From: Ginglymostoma cirratum
Taxonomy: Eukaryota
Reading direction: 5' to 3'
DNA length: 64,000 nucleotides
Assembly (NCBI GenBank): GCA_024137785.1
Contig: JAHRHZ010000089.1
Span: 2,725,986 to 2,789,985, forward strand
Below, piece by piece: positions 52,361-64,000 of this stretch. Within the stretch, counting starts at the first letter, position 1, and each line of letters opens with the position of its first letter. Both the position numbers and the translations under genes were made by a program. The notes beneath the pieces were generated by a model, which saw only the letters and a program-made list of their open reading frames with translations, did no database searches and was not told the DNA's origin.

Positions 52361-53569
52361 ACCATTTCCCTAATTACCTCCCTTCCCCAGAAGGTGAGAT
52401 TGGTATCTGGATTCCCAGTTGAGAAACCAGAGTTGGAGGGAACCTCCAACTGTCCAATCCAGAGGCATTTGGATGGACAGATGAGGGGACTTTTAAAACA
52501 GCCCTTTGCCTTCACCTCTGACACCACCCCTCCCTGTGTCCCCACTTCACAACAATATTTGGAAAATTACTTCATTAATTATGTTATGATGAAAGTTATG
52601 GATAATTATGTGTTTTATTTGAAAACTGTGTGCCTAGCTCTAGATTCCCTTGAAAGAGGAAATAGTTCAACGAGTTAAAGTAGGAAGCAACTCAGCCACA
52701 ACTTCTGGAATGTTCTGGGCCAGTAGTCAGCAAGTGTGGTTTATGAGGATAAAAGCAAACTAATTTGTAAGGAAGCATGTGTTAAAAATAGCTCTGTCAA
52801 TGCTATGCTTAATTACACTTAAATATATGAGCAGGATAGATCCTTGCTGTATAAGGTGCTGGTTACACTATATTTAGATTGTTTTGCGACATTTGCTAAA
52901 TAACAGGGGCAACATTATTTCTTGCACTTTGATTCAGGAACAAAAAAATGTTCCCAGATATCAAGAATTTAATTATTTCGGGAACAAGTAATATACAATG
53001 AGAGAAATGTTTGAGGTGACTGAGTAAATTGAAGCAAATTGTTTACTTGGAGTGGAGTATTTGAACAGTGAAAGACAGAAGTTATACGTTTCAAGGTTTT
53101 AAAGAAAGGGAAGTCCTCTTTTTATTGTCACACAGAAGTTATTTGATTTCTGAGCCAGGACCACCTAAAAACAAATAGCATAGAATGGGTTTTAGGGGAA
53201 TATAAATGAGTTCTTGAAGTAACAAAACATTCAGGACTAGAATGGGGAGGTCTTCTGGAGCAGTCAGTAGCGTCCCTGCCTCTAAGCCAGAAATTTCAGG
53301 TTGAAGTTCCCCTCCAAGACTTGATGGTCATGGGAGGTATATTCATAACAGGTTGATCATTAACCTACAAACCCTACTGATATTCCTGATGGCAGGTGGT
53401 AAGGGTGAGTGTGTCTCCTGGTTAGCCATCCTGCGGAAGGCAATGGCAAATCACTTCAGTGTCTTACTGAGCATTACCACGATCCAACATAAATACAGTG
53501 CAGTTTCATGGTCACCAATGACTTGTTTTGGACAGGAGAGAGAGAGAGAGAGGAGGTAGATTGGCATGA

Positions 53570-56345
53570 CATCTTCAAACACTCATACCTCACAGACAAT
53601 GTCCCAGACACCGCCATCACCATCCCTGGATATGTCCTGTGTCACTGGCAGGACAGACCCTGCAGAGGGGGCAGCACAGTGAGATACAGTCGGGAGGGAG
53701 TTGCTCTGGGAGTTCTCAACATTGACTCCGGACCCCATGAAGTCTCATGGCTTCAGGTTAAACATGGGCAAGGAAACCTCCTGCTGATTACCACATACTG
53801 TCCTCCCTCAGCTGATGAATCAGTATTCCTCAATGTTGAACAACACCTAGAGGAAGCACTGAGGATGGTAAGGGCACAAAATGTACTCTTGGTGGGAGAT
53901 GTCAATGTCCACCACCAAGAGAGGCTCAACAGAGTACTACAGATTGAGCTGGTCGGGTCCGACAGGACACAGCTGCTAGACTGGGTCTGCGGCAGATGGT
54001 GAGGGAATCAACAAGAGGGAAAAACATACTTGACCTCATCCTCACTAATCTGCCAGCTGCAGTTGCATTTGTCAATGACAATATTGGTAAGAGTGACAAT
54101 TGCACAGTCCTTATGGAGACAAAGGCCCGCCTTCACATTGAGAACAACCTGCATCATGTTGTGTGGCACTATCACCGTGCTAAATGGGACAGACTTCGCA
54201 CAGATGTAGTAACTCAAGACTGGGCATCCATGAGATGCTGAGGGCCATCAACAGCAACAGAATTGTACTCCAATACAGTCTGTAACCTTATGGCCCGGCA
54301 TACCCCCAACTCAACCATTACCATCAAGCCAGGGGATCAACCCTGGTTCAGTGGAGAGTGCAGGAGGGCATGCCAGGAGCAGCACCAGGCATACCTGAAG
54401 ATGAGGTATTAACCTGGTGAAGCCACCAAACAGGAGAACTCGCACGCCAAACAGCACAAGTAGCAAGTGATAGACAGAGCTAAACGATCCCACATCCAAT
54501 GGATCAGATCTAAGCTCTGCATTCCTGTCACATCCAGTCGTGAATGGTGGTGGACAATTAAACAACTCACTGGAGGAGGAGGCTCCACAAATATCCCCAT
54601 CCTCAATGATGGAAGAGCCCAGCACATCAGTGCAAAAGATAAGGGTGAAGCTTTCGCAGCAATCTTCAGTCAGAAGTCCCAAGTGGATGATTCATCTTGG
54701 CCTCCTCCAGAGGTCCCCAGCATCACAGATACCAGTCTTCAGGCAATTCGATTCACTCCACGCGATATCAAGAAACGGTTGGAGACACTGGATACTGCAA
54801 AGGCTACGGGCCCTGACAACATTCCGGCAATAGTACTGAAGACTTGTGCTCCAGAACTTGCCTCTCCCTTAGCCAAGCTGTTTCAGTACAGTTACAACAC
54901 TGTTATCTACCTGACAATGTGGAAAATTGCCCAGGTGTGTCCTGTACATAAAAAGCAGGACAAATCCAACCCGGCCAATTACTGCCCCATTGGTCTACTC
55001 TCGATCATTAGTAAAGTGATGGAAGGTGTCAGTAACAGTGCTATCAAGCAGCACCTGCTCAGAAGTAACCTGCTCAGTGACACCCAGTTTGGGTTCTGTC
55101 AGGGCCACTCAGCTCCTGACCTCATTACAGCCTTGGTTCAAACATGGACAAAAGAGCTGAATTCCAGAGTTGAGGTGAGAGTGACAGCCATTGATATCAA
55201 GGCTGCATTCGATCGAGTGTGGCATCAAGGAGCCCTAGAAAAACTGGAATCAATGTCTATCCGGGGACAAACTCTCCGGTGGTTGGAATCATACCTGACA
55301 CATAGGAAGATGGTCGTGGTTGTGGGAGGTCAGTTATCTCAGCTCCAGGACATCTCTGCAGGAGTTTCTCAGGATAGTGTTCTCGGCCCAACCACCTTCA
55401 GCTGCTTTCTCAATGACCTTCCCTCCATCATAAGGCCAGAAGTGGGGATGTTTGCTGATGATTGCACAATGTTCAGCACCATTCATGACTCCTCAGATAC
55501 TGAAGCAGTCGTGGTCAAATGTAACAGGATCTGGGCAATATCCAGGCTTGGGCTGACAAGTGGCAAGTGACATTCACGCTACACAAATGCCAGGCAATGT
55601 CTATCCCCAATAAAAAACAAGGTAACCATCGTCCCTTGACATTCAATGGTGGTACCATCACTGAATCCCCCACTATCATCATCCTGGGGGTTACCATTGA
55701 CTAGAAACTCAATTGGACTCACCACATTAACAGAGTGGCTACAAGAGCAGGCCGGAAGCTGGGAATACTGCGCTGAGTAACTCATCTCCTGATTCCTCAA
55801 AGCCTGTCCACCATCTACAAGGCACAAGTTAGGAGTGTGATGGAATATTCCCCACTTGCCTGGATGGGTGCAGCCCCAACAACACTCAAGAAGCTTGACA
55901 CCATCCAGGACAAAGCAGCCCACTTGATTGGTACCACATCCACAAGCATCCACTCCCTCCACCACCGACGCTCAGTAGCAGCAGTGTGTACTATCTACAA
56001 GATGCACTGCAGAAATTCACCGAAGATCCTCAGACAGCACCTTCCAAACCCACGACCACTTCCATCTAGAAGGACAAAAGAGCAGCAGATACATGGGAAC
56101 ACCACCACCTCCAAGTTCCCTTCCACTCACCATCCTGACTTTGAAATATATCGCTGCTCCTTCACTGTCACCAGGTCAGAATCCTGGAATTCCCTCCTTA
56201 AGGGCATTGCGGGTCTACCTACAGCACACAAACTGCGGCAGTTCAAGAAGGCAGCTCACCACCAATTTTTCAAGGGGCATCTAGGGATGGGGCAATGAAC
56301 GTTGGCCCAGCCAGTGACACCCACAGTGCATGAAAAAACAAATTA
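53570..56345 (+). mobile_element. 5'-truncated non-LTR retrotransposon ORF2 (APE endonuclease plus RT; CR1/L2/Jockey group)
   Basis: LVGDVNVHH, TRGKNILDLILTN, KATGPDNIP, QFGF, DIKAAFDRVWH, SQDSVLGP, FADD; in-frame stops and frameshifts; 3' tail gggcaatgaacgttggcccagccagtgacacccac. Confidence 0.93.
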
Positions 56346-56550
56346 AAATTCATCAAAAAGGAATGACCCTGTTGGTCAAAATGTCCTTTCTCATTGTTGG
56401 ATGAAATAATAATTGCCTAAAAGTGTGGATTCAGAAATTGCATTCTGTCTTTGACCAAATTGGTCACCTTCGCTGAATATCATTGAGATAATTAACTGGG
56501 AAATAATCCTGCCCAATATTTTTTGAACTGGATGTATGTATTTTCCATAG

Positions 56551-56705
56551 GTTGTGTGCAACGTTTTAAATGCTGTCAAGTGAGCATTGAGGAAGGCTGG
56601 GGCAAACCATGGTGGACTTTGCGAAAGACCTGCTTCTTAATTGTGGAGCATAACTGGTTTGAAACCTTCATCGTTTTTATGATTCTGCTCAGCAGCGGAG
56701 CACTG
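56551..56705 (+). CDS. SCN8A: Nav1.6 coding exon J (DIII-S1)
   Basis: ttccatAG / GTaagt; 155 nt, phase 1/0; [52 protein letters not shown]. Confidence 0.97.
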
Positions 56706-57439
56706 GTAAGTCTTTGTGAAGTTGGGCAGCATTTGCCTTGGGTGCAACTGCACATTTATTTTCTGTCAGTTAGCCAAAAGAAAACCAGAACTTTGAATTC
56801 TGAAGCTGAGCCGAATGCCCATTTTCTTTTGTTATAGTTTAAAGCTGCCTGTATTTTCACTTTTTTTTTAATCTCCTGTCAGTGCAAACTCTTTCTGGGA
56901 TTCAGGTCTGACGAGTGCCATGCGCCATTCAATTCTTTTAGCGGTCATTCTTCATAAGTGCATGTGAGCAGCCTGTGGCCTCCATTATAACTGAGCCCTC
57001 ACTGTCCTAATCCAAGCTTTTTCCAGCAGCCTGCCTTTCCATCTGACCCTATCAGTATATTCTTAGTGAGAAATGGTGGCACACTGGTAATGTCACCAGG
57101 CTCGTAATCCAAAGCACCGGCCTATTGCTCTGGGGACTTGGATTCAAATTCAGTGAATAGACCTGGAATTGAAAGGTAATCTGAGCAACAGTGAACATTG
57201 CTGGACAGGTATTTCAGCTCACTATCCTATCTGAGCTGCTGCTCATGATGAAGGTTGATGCCACCATCCTCTTTGAGTGTAGAAAACTATGGGCCTATTC
57301 GGACTAGAGTGGGAGAGGAACGCCACCTCCCGGTCCAACTAGAAGACGCTCATGTAGTTCACAAGACGTAGTTTATTGCATGTTAGCAACTCGTTACAGG
57401 CTACATTGATATGATAGACATTGTTACAGAGACTGCGAG

Positions 57440-57915
57440 GAGGACCCAGACTGATTCCTGGGATGACTGACGTATGAAGAGAGACTGGATCGGTTAGGAC
57501 TATGTTCACTGGAGTTTAGAAAAATGAGGGGGGATTGCTTAGAACTGTAAGATTCTAAAAGGACACTCAGGGTAAATGCAGGAAGGATGTCTCCAATGAC
57601 TGAGGAATCCAGAAGCAGGGGTCACAGTCTAATGATTACGGGTTGGGGCGTTTAGGACTGAGATGAGGAGAAATGTCTTCACCCAGAGAGTGGGGTGTCT
57701 GTGGAATTCTCTGCCACAGAAAATGGTTGAGGCTAAAACATTGAATGTTTTCCAGAAGAAATTAGATCTAATTCTTAGGTCTAAAGAGATTAAAGGGAAG
57801 GGGAAGAAAGCAGGAAGAGAGGACTGTGATGGATAATCAGCTATGATCAGATTGAATGGTCCAGCAGGCTCAAAGGGCCAAATGGCCTACTCCTCCTATT
57901 TTCTATGTTTCTATG
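57440..57915 (+). mobile_element. CR1-like LINE 3' fragment
   Basis: ttcactggagtttagaaaaatgaggggggat...ttcacccagagagtg...ttctatgtttctatg tail. Confidence 0.85.
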
Positions 57916-59065
57916 TTAGGTCTCACTCCTTTGTAGAGCCCAGACTGTTCTGCCCATAATTTCACATGACGTCATTTTCAAAAGTGTTTCTCAGTATTAT
58001 ACCTGGCAGACCCATGTACAACAACCAGGGCAAAATTTGGATCACTAATATATTTAGGGAGGGAAATGGCCATTCTTACCCAGTTGTGACTCTGGACCCA
58101 CAGCAACGTGGTTGACTCTGAAGTGCCCTCTTAAATCACCTGACGTGACACTAAATTCAAGGGCAACAAACAATGGCTTTGCCAGTGATGCCAATTTCAC
58201 ATGAAAGAGAGAATTTCTTTTCTTCCTCATGTATTTACCTGTCTTCCCCCTTAAATTCATCAATGAATTCCCCTCAATTACTCCATGTGGTGACAGGTTC
58301 TGCATCTTCTGGGTAAAGAGGTTTCTCCTGAATTCCCGATTGAATTTGTCAGTGACTACCTTCTCCTTAAGATCCCTAGTTCCGGTTTAGCCCACGAATG
58401 GAAACTTCACCATATCGAAGCTTTCCATAATCTTTAAGACCTTTTGTCAATCAGCTTTAAGTTGTCTCTTTTCTGGAGAAAAGAGCTCAAGCCTGTTCAG
58501 ATTTTCCTGATGGTTATGTATAGCCCCTTGACCCTGGTAGAAATTGACTAAAACTCTCAGTTAATCAAGCCAAATTTGTAAAGATAAAATTGTACCATTG
58601 CATGGCATGATGGTATTAGCTACAACACAGGTATGACTATGGATTCTTTGCCAAATAAATTGTTGACCATCCACGGCTCAGGTACATGCATCACCTAGTG
58701 TAAAGCTGAGTTACACAGCCAGACAGGTTTCAGGTTTAATCCCCAGGCTGTGCATCCATTGTCTGAAGTGGGCGAGGGCAATTTGTGAGAGTCTTACAGC
58801 TGTCTTCCAGGGCTGGGGAGAGGGGATACCAGCTCTGCTGACTCCAGCAGATTGTCCGGCATGGGAAGAAGAAGGTGGGGCAATCTCAGATAACACCACC
58901 ACGTGCACACAATTTAATACAATGTTAACAATTATAAAGTAAGGAAACAGGCCAGCTGATGCCGAGAGATGCCAAGCTTTGGCTCAAGAGGGTGCATTTT
59001 GAAGAGGCCTTCTTTTGTTTTGAAAATCAATTACTATACAGTTTTAAAATAGTTGTTCTTTTCAG

Positions 59066-59239
59066 GCTTTTGAAGATATTTACATTGAACAGCGGAAGAC
59101 AGTCCGGACCATCCTTGAGTATGCTGACAAGATCTTCACATATATCTTCATCCTTGAGATGTTGTTGAAGTGGACGGCCTATGGATTTCAAAAGTACTTC
59201 ACGAATGCATGGTGTTGGCTGGATTTCCTCATTGTTGAC
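59066..59239 (+). CDS. SCN8A: Nav1.6 coding exon K (DIII S2 to start of S3)
   Basis: ttttcAG / GTacgt; 174 nt; [58 protein letters not shown] (translated by hand; the ORF track shows another frame). Confidence 0.97.
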
Positions 59240-60299
59240 GTACGTATCCAACCTTTTAGTGTACTTTTTGAGACCTTTAAGTGCTGGTGGGCGTGCATGA
59301 TATAGTTATGTTTAGTTATATTCTCAACTAGCAGTATAAATGTGTTTAATTCAATATAATACATTTAAGGTGCAATGAACTGTTGTGCCAATCTTGTCAG
59401 AGTATGCTATGAACAAGAAGGTTTAGTCTCATAAATAAATCTAAAATTCAACAGCAAATTATGACAATGAGACCTCTCCATGATGGTTTTATGGCTGACT
59501 TAATCTGATAAAGAAATTGGTTTAAGTGATGGAGGGTTTTGGTCAATAGATTAGCAGCAAATCTGAAGAAGACTTCAATCTTCATTGCATTCAGGTTCTC
59601 TTCACCTAACAAAGCTTGAACCATTCCCTTTTCTGGCAAATATATTGTTTGTTTTTGTTTCAGAGGTTAATAGGCGTGTCAAATGATCTTCTCTCAAAAG
59701 ATAACATTTGTACGAACAAAATCTCAGTGTGTTTAAAAGTGGAAATATTAGTAGTGAATGTAAGACGTTGGGGATGCAGTACTTTTATTTTTAATTCATT
59801 ATGCAGAAATTGGAGCCAAGTGTTGTCCTTTATTCATATATGCATTGGCTTGTTGTTCTTTTCCTGTATAAAGAAAAATTGAAGTCCAGATTTTAAAGGT
59901 ATCCTCTCCATCTTTCAATCATTTAATCCCTTTGAATGTTAATATATGGTAAAGCCTGTTCTGTGATATTGTCATAACTTGGAATATTATGTTCTGCCAC
60001 TAAAGATATACTTGTGATTTACTTTCACTGTTTGAACCATTTGTCTGTGCAAATCTATTGACTGTGCTGGGTTGTTCTATTATAGCACTGATGCTAATAT
60101 GCAGACCTTTTCCAAAATGATTAAAATGCCATTTCAAATTTGGGTGTTGTATTAAACAAGGAAGGTGTTGACTTCATGAAGTTGCGTATGTGTAACAATG
60201 TTCTCCTGTGATTCAAATGGCAGATTTTAGTTTGGCGTGTGACAGGACAATATGCTGTCCTTAATGTTGTACTGGGCATCCTCAATGCAGTGCTCATAG

Positions 60300-60565
60300 A
60301 ATCCATACATTCGGCCCATCGAGTCTACACTGACCCTCCAAAGAGCATCCCACCCAGACCCACCCCCTGCCCTATCTTTGCATTTCCAGCTCTAGACACT
60401 ATATGAGCAATTTAGCATAGTAAATCCACCTAACCTGCACATCTTTGGACTGTGGGAGGAAACTGGAGCACCACAGAGGAAGCCCACGCAGACACAGGGA
60501 GAATAGGTAAATGCCACGCAATCTGGTGCTGTGAGATAACCGTGCTAACCACTGAGCCACTGTGC
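60300..60565 (-). mobile_element. HE1-like SINE
   Basis: cctaacctgcacatctttggactgtgggaggaaac...gtgctaaccactgagccac matches the 36.8 kb copy. Confidence 0.85.
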
Positions 60566-61429
60566 TTCCTTTTAATCTGCCACAGGCTTTCCTTCAGTAG
60601 CTGCAATGTTGAAGTGCTGACAATTTTTTTGGTATAACTGAAAAGTACATTTTTATCATGCTACTACACTCAAGCTTTGAAATTCCCAATACTGTTGCGG
60701 TAATTTTCAGTGCCTCCATAGAAATTGCTGCCATACATTACAGTGTAATTACAAGCCAAGCATACATAATCATTCTCTGAAATAATGCACAAAGCATGTC
60801 ATATTTTTATTTTCTAATTAACCTGTTCAGAGACATTATGACACACTTCTAGAGCAAATGGGAGTTGAACCCAGGCCTCCTGGCTCAAAGGTAGGGACAT
60901 CACCACTGTGCCACAAGAACCCTCCAAAATGCCTGTTATTCTCTTGTAGTATAGATTGCGATAGAAATTACCCTGGAGTGAGCGGGCAAAATAGATTATT
61001 GATATTGAATTGGCTGGCCATTCTGTACCATCCCCAAAATTGAGTTCCATTCATTTGAATCTATCAAGTCAGCTATATGACAGACAGTCCATACAACACC
61101 CTTGTTTAACAACCCTACCCAAGTACATTTCTTCCCATATTGCACCACCCCCTCCCCAACCTCCCCATTTTGTGTTACAACATGTTGGATTCCCCGGTAG
61201 ATAAAAAAGTTATTCTTTCAATAACTGTATTCTTAGCATTTTTTTTTATGCATTGTAAGCCTCAGAATGCCAATGTGTTGCCATTCATCAAAGGTTTTTG
61301 GATTTGTATCAAGTTCCTTTACTAGTTAAATAGATTTAAGTTTTAATATAAACTAGGAGCAGCAGTAGGCCATTCAGCCCTTTGAGTCTCCTCATCCTCC
61401 ATGGCTGACCCTCTTCCTCAATGCCACGG

Positions 61430-61640
61430 GGGCATTGTTAGCTCTGTTGGCTGTATGGCTGGTTTGTGATGCAGAGTGATGCCATCAGCACAGGTTTAAT
61501 TTCCCCATACTGGCTGAGATCACCATGAAGGTTCCACCTTCCCAACCTTGCCCCTCGCCTGAGGTGTCACCACCAGTCGTCTCTCTAATGAGAGAATAGT
61601 CCTGTGGTCTTCTGGGACAATGGTGCATTTATCTTACCTC
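61430..61640 (+). mobile_element. tRNA-headed SINE inserted in a reverse CR1 tail (about 61350-61870)
   Basis: The CR1 tail sequence stops at ctcaatgcc and resumes after ctcagtgcc. Confidence 0.6.
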
Positions 61641-62179
61641 AGTGCCTGCTTTCTCACCATACCCCTTGATGCCTGCAAAATCTAAAAATGTACCAATCTC
61701 TTTCTTGAGTATGTTCAGTGACTTGGCTTTCACAGCCATCTGTGGTAGAGAATTCCTCAGGGTGACCACCCTCTCAGTGAAGAAATGTTTCCTCATCTCA
61801 GTCCTCAATGGTCTACTCTGTATCCCCCTGAGACTGTGACCCCTGGTTCTAGGCTCCCCAACCAGGGGAACTAAAAATAATAATAACTAAAATTGCTAAT
61901 AATGAATTAATAGTCCATTTAAAATGAATAGTTTAGTGCCTCCATTAAAATAGCAGCTAAAGTAATGCACACAGTATAATCTCTGGACAAGGATGTTTAA
62001 TTTTGGGGTGGAAAGCTGTCTCTGGCAGTGGGGTAGAACGAGCAATATTGAATTGGCTGCCTGTTATATGCAACTTCCTGATATTGAACTCAATCACAGT
62101 CAACAGGCCCAGATGAATTTCTACCCTACAGAGTTCATCTTTGTAATGAGTCTTAAAATCCATGTCATTTTAAAGTTGT

Positions 62180-62550
62180 AGCAAAGATTTGTAGTTCAGG
62201 TTGTGGGTGAGGTTGCTGACTTGCTCGCTGAGCTGGCTTGTTTTCGTTCAGACATTTCAATGTTACCATGCTAGGTAACATCATCAGTGTGGCCTCCGAT
62301 GAAGTGATGTTATTCTACTCCGCTTGGAATTTATACCGTCCGGTCCGTTATGGTGTGTAGTGTCATTTCTGGGTTTGATCTGTATGAGCTTATATATGGG
62401 GTCCAATTCTATGTGTTTGTTGATTGAAGTACGGGTGGAGAGCCATGCCTCTAGGAATTCCCATGTGTGGCTATGTTTGACTTGGGCTACAATGGTTACT
62501 TTGTCCCAGTTAAACTGATAGCCTTCATTGTCTAAGTGAACTGATATTAA
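62180..62550 (-). mobile_element. Penelope-like element 3' end (GIY-YIG C-terminus plus hammerhead motif), inverted relative to the adjoining RT
   Basis: SLISVHLDNEGYQFNWDKVTIV...EFLEAW...SINKHIELDPIY; minus strand CTGATGA-TGTTACC-tagcat-GGTAACA-tt-GAAATGTC at 62287-62251. Confidence 0.85.
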
Positions 62551-64000
62551 GGAAATGCCCGACAATGGAACACCTTCGCCAGCCGACTGAGCTCTACCTG
62601 CGAACAACTTCACTTTCTCCATGAATGCCTCAGGAACCAGGTACTGCACCACAGCATGAAATACAAACCTCCACTCAACAACCCACAGGCATATAAAATA
62701 GCTGAACAGAATGGATGCAGAATGCTAGGAACAATAATTCATGATGCCCATAGCCGACTCCACAGGTACGAACAAGAAACTGCATGCCAAAAATCACAGT
62801 ATCTAAGCACCAGCAATGGACTACAACCCTAAAACAGGCCATCACCATCAATCAACACAAAACCAAATCTAAGAAGAGACAGGCTACAGGAGAAACTTAC
62901 CAAACTGATCGACCACAAAGACAAGGACCACAACAAACCGAACACAGGGATAAGAAACCTATCCAACAGACAACTCACAGAAACTGAGAAAGCTGTCCTA
63001 TTACAAAGTCTGAACAAGAGCCACTAAGATGCGAACAGAACAGACTTCATGGCCACCCTGGAGACTACGTTAAAAGACAACAGACTCACGGACGAAACAC
63101 AACAAGCCATCCGACAAGCTATAATCCCCACACTACACAGAAGGAACAAAGGGGACAACCTGAACGCATCAGAGAGAAAAACACTAGATAAACTCAAGAA
63201 AGACAAGAACATTATAACCCTACCAGCAGACCGTCATTATGACCAAACCAGACTACATGAAGAAAGCACAAGCATTGCTCGTAGATACAACCACTTACCA
63301 ATAGGTGGCGATAGACCCAACATCACAACTAGGTAATAGGATCACCCAGACACTGAAGAGACTAAAGGATGCAGGACAGACTACATGAGAGTGAAACCAG
63401 AAGGCACGAACACCCCCCCCAGGTTCTATGGACTTCCTAAAGTACACAAACCAGACATCCCTCTCAGACCCATTGTCTCCCAACCAGGCACACCTTCACA
63501 CAAACTGGCCAAGGACCTCCAACAGACACTGAAACACCTAGTTGACGGATCACCCCATTCCATCCACTCAACCCAAGAATTCCTCAAAACCCTCAAGAAC
63601 ATAAAAATCAGCAAAGACAAGATTATGGCATCCTTTGACATCACAACATTATTCACGTCAATCGACATCCCACTAGCCAAAGAAACACTGACCACATTAC
63701 TAGAGGAAGTAGCAATGCAGACCAGCAGCTCCATCAGCAATGACAACATACTTGAACTACTAGACCTGTGCCTCACCACTCACTTCATCTTTAATGGTCA
63801 AGTATATAAACAGATCAACAGTACACCAATGGGGTCACCCATCTCAGGACTCATTGCAGAAGCAGTCATGCAAAGACTAGAACACACCACCCCACCCCAC
63901 CCCCGGCATTCAACCTAAACTATGGATCCGGTACGTAGATGACACATTTGTCGTTATTAAACACAGCAAATTAGAAGAGACCCACCATCTCATCAACAGC
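62551..64000 (+). mobile_element. Penelope-like element, N-terminal region and RT (decayed, runs off the window)
   Basis: IITLPAD, PPRFYGLPKVHKPDIPLRPIVS, SFDITTLFTSI, QINSTPMGSPISG and cgg tac gta gat gac (RYVDD) near 63928-63942; frameshifts present. Confidence 0.92.

Noticed and set aside
60220-60310. Hydrophobic frame ILVWRVTGQYAVLNVVLGILNAVLI as a duplicated DIII S3-S4 exon
   Set aside because: No RxxRxxR voltage-sensor pattern and no convincing splice sites.

Overview
Eukaryotic (vertebrate) genomic DNA, most likely a shark, judging by HE1-like SINEs, CR1/HER1-like LINEs and Penelope-like elements (inference). The window holds 11 consecutive + strand coding exons of a voltage-gated sodium channel alpha subunit that matches SCN8A/Nav1.6, from DI-S6 through loop 1, DII and loop 2 to DIII-S3. 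All introns are GT-AG and the exon phases join into one 888-codon frame (2664 nt using the short exon-C donor). The gene starts and ends outside the window. Introns are filled with retroelements: a decayed 4.4 kb Gypsy element with 236-bp LTRs and a 5-bp TSD, a probable solo LTR with a 6-bp TSD, Penelope-like elements with minimal hammerhead ribozyme motifs, CR1 and other LINE fragments, several SINE families and a decayed Harbinger Myb-like gene. I found no convincing wholly new system. The best leads are (1) candidate unannotated cassette or poison exons in a repeat-poor, TGCATG-rich part of the loop-1 intron, (2) the conserved 33-nt alternative donor, and (3) many hammerhead-bearing short elements, one with an intact core in sense orientation about 210 nt upstream of a coding exon and several nested in one SINE family. 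Everything was read by eye. Exon, LTR and TSD coordinates were counted; other repeat boundaries and family names are approximate and from memory.
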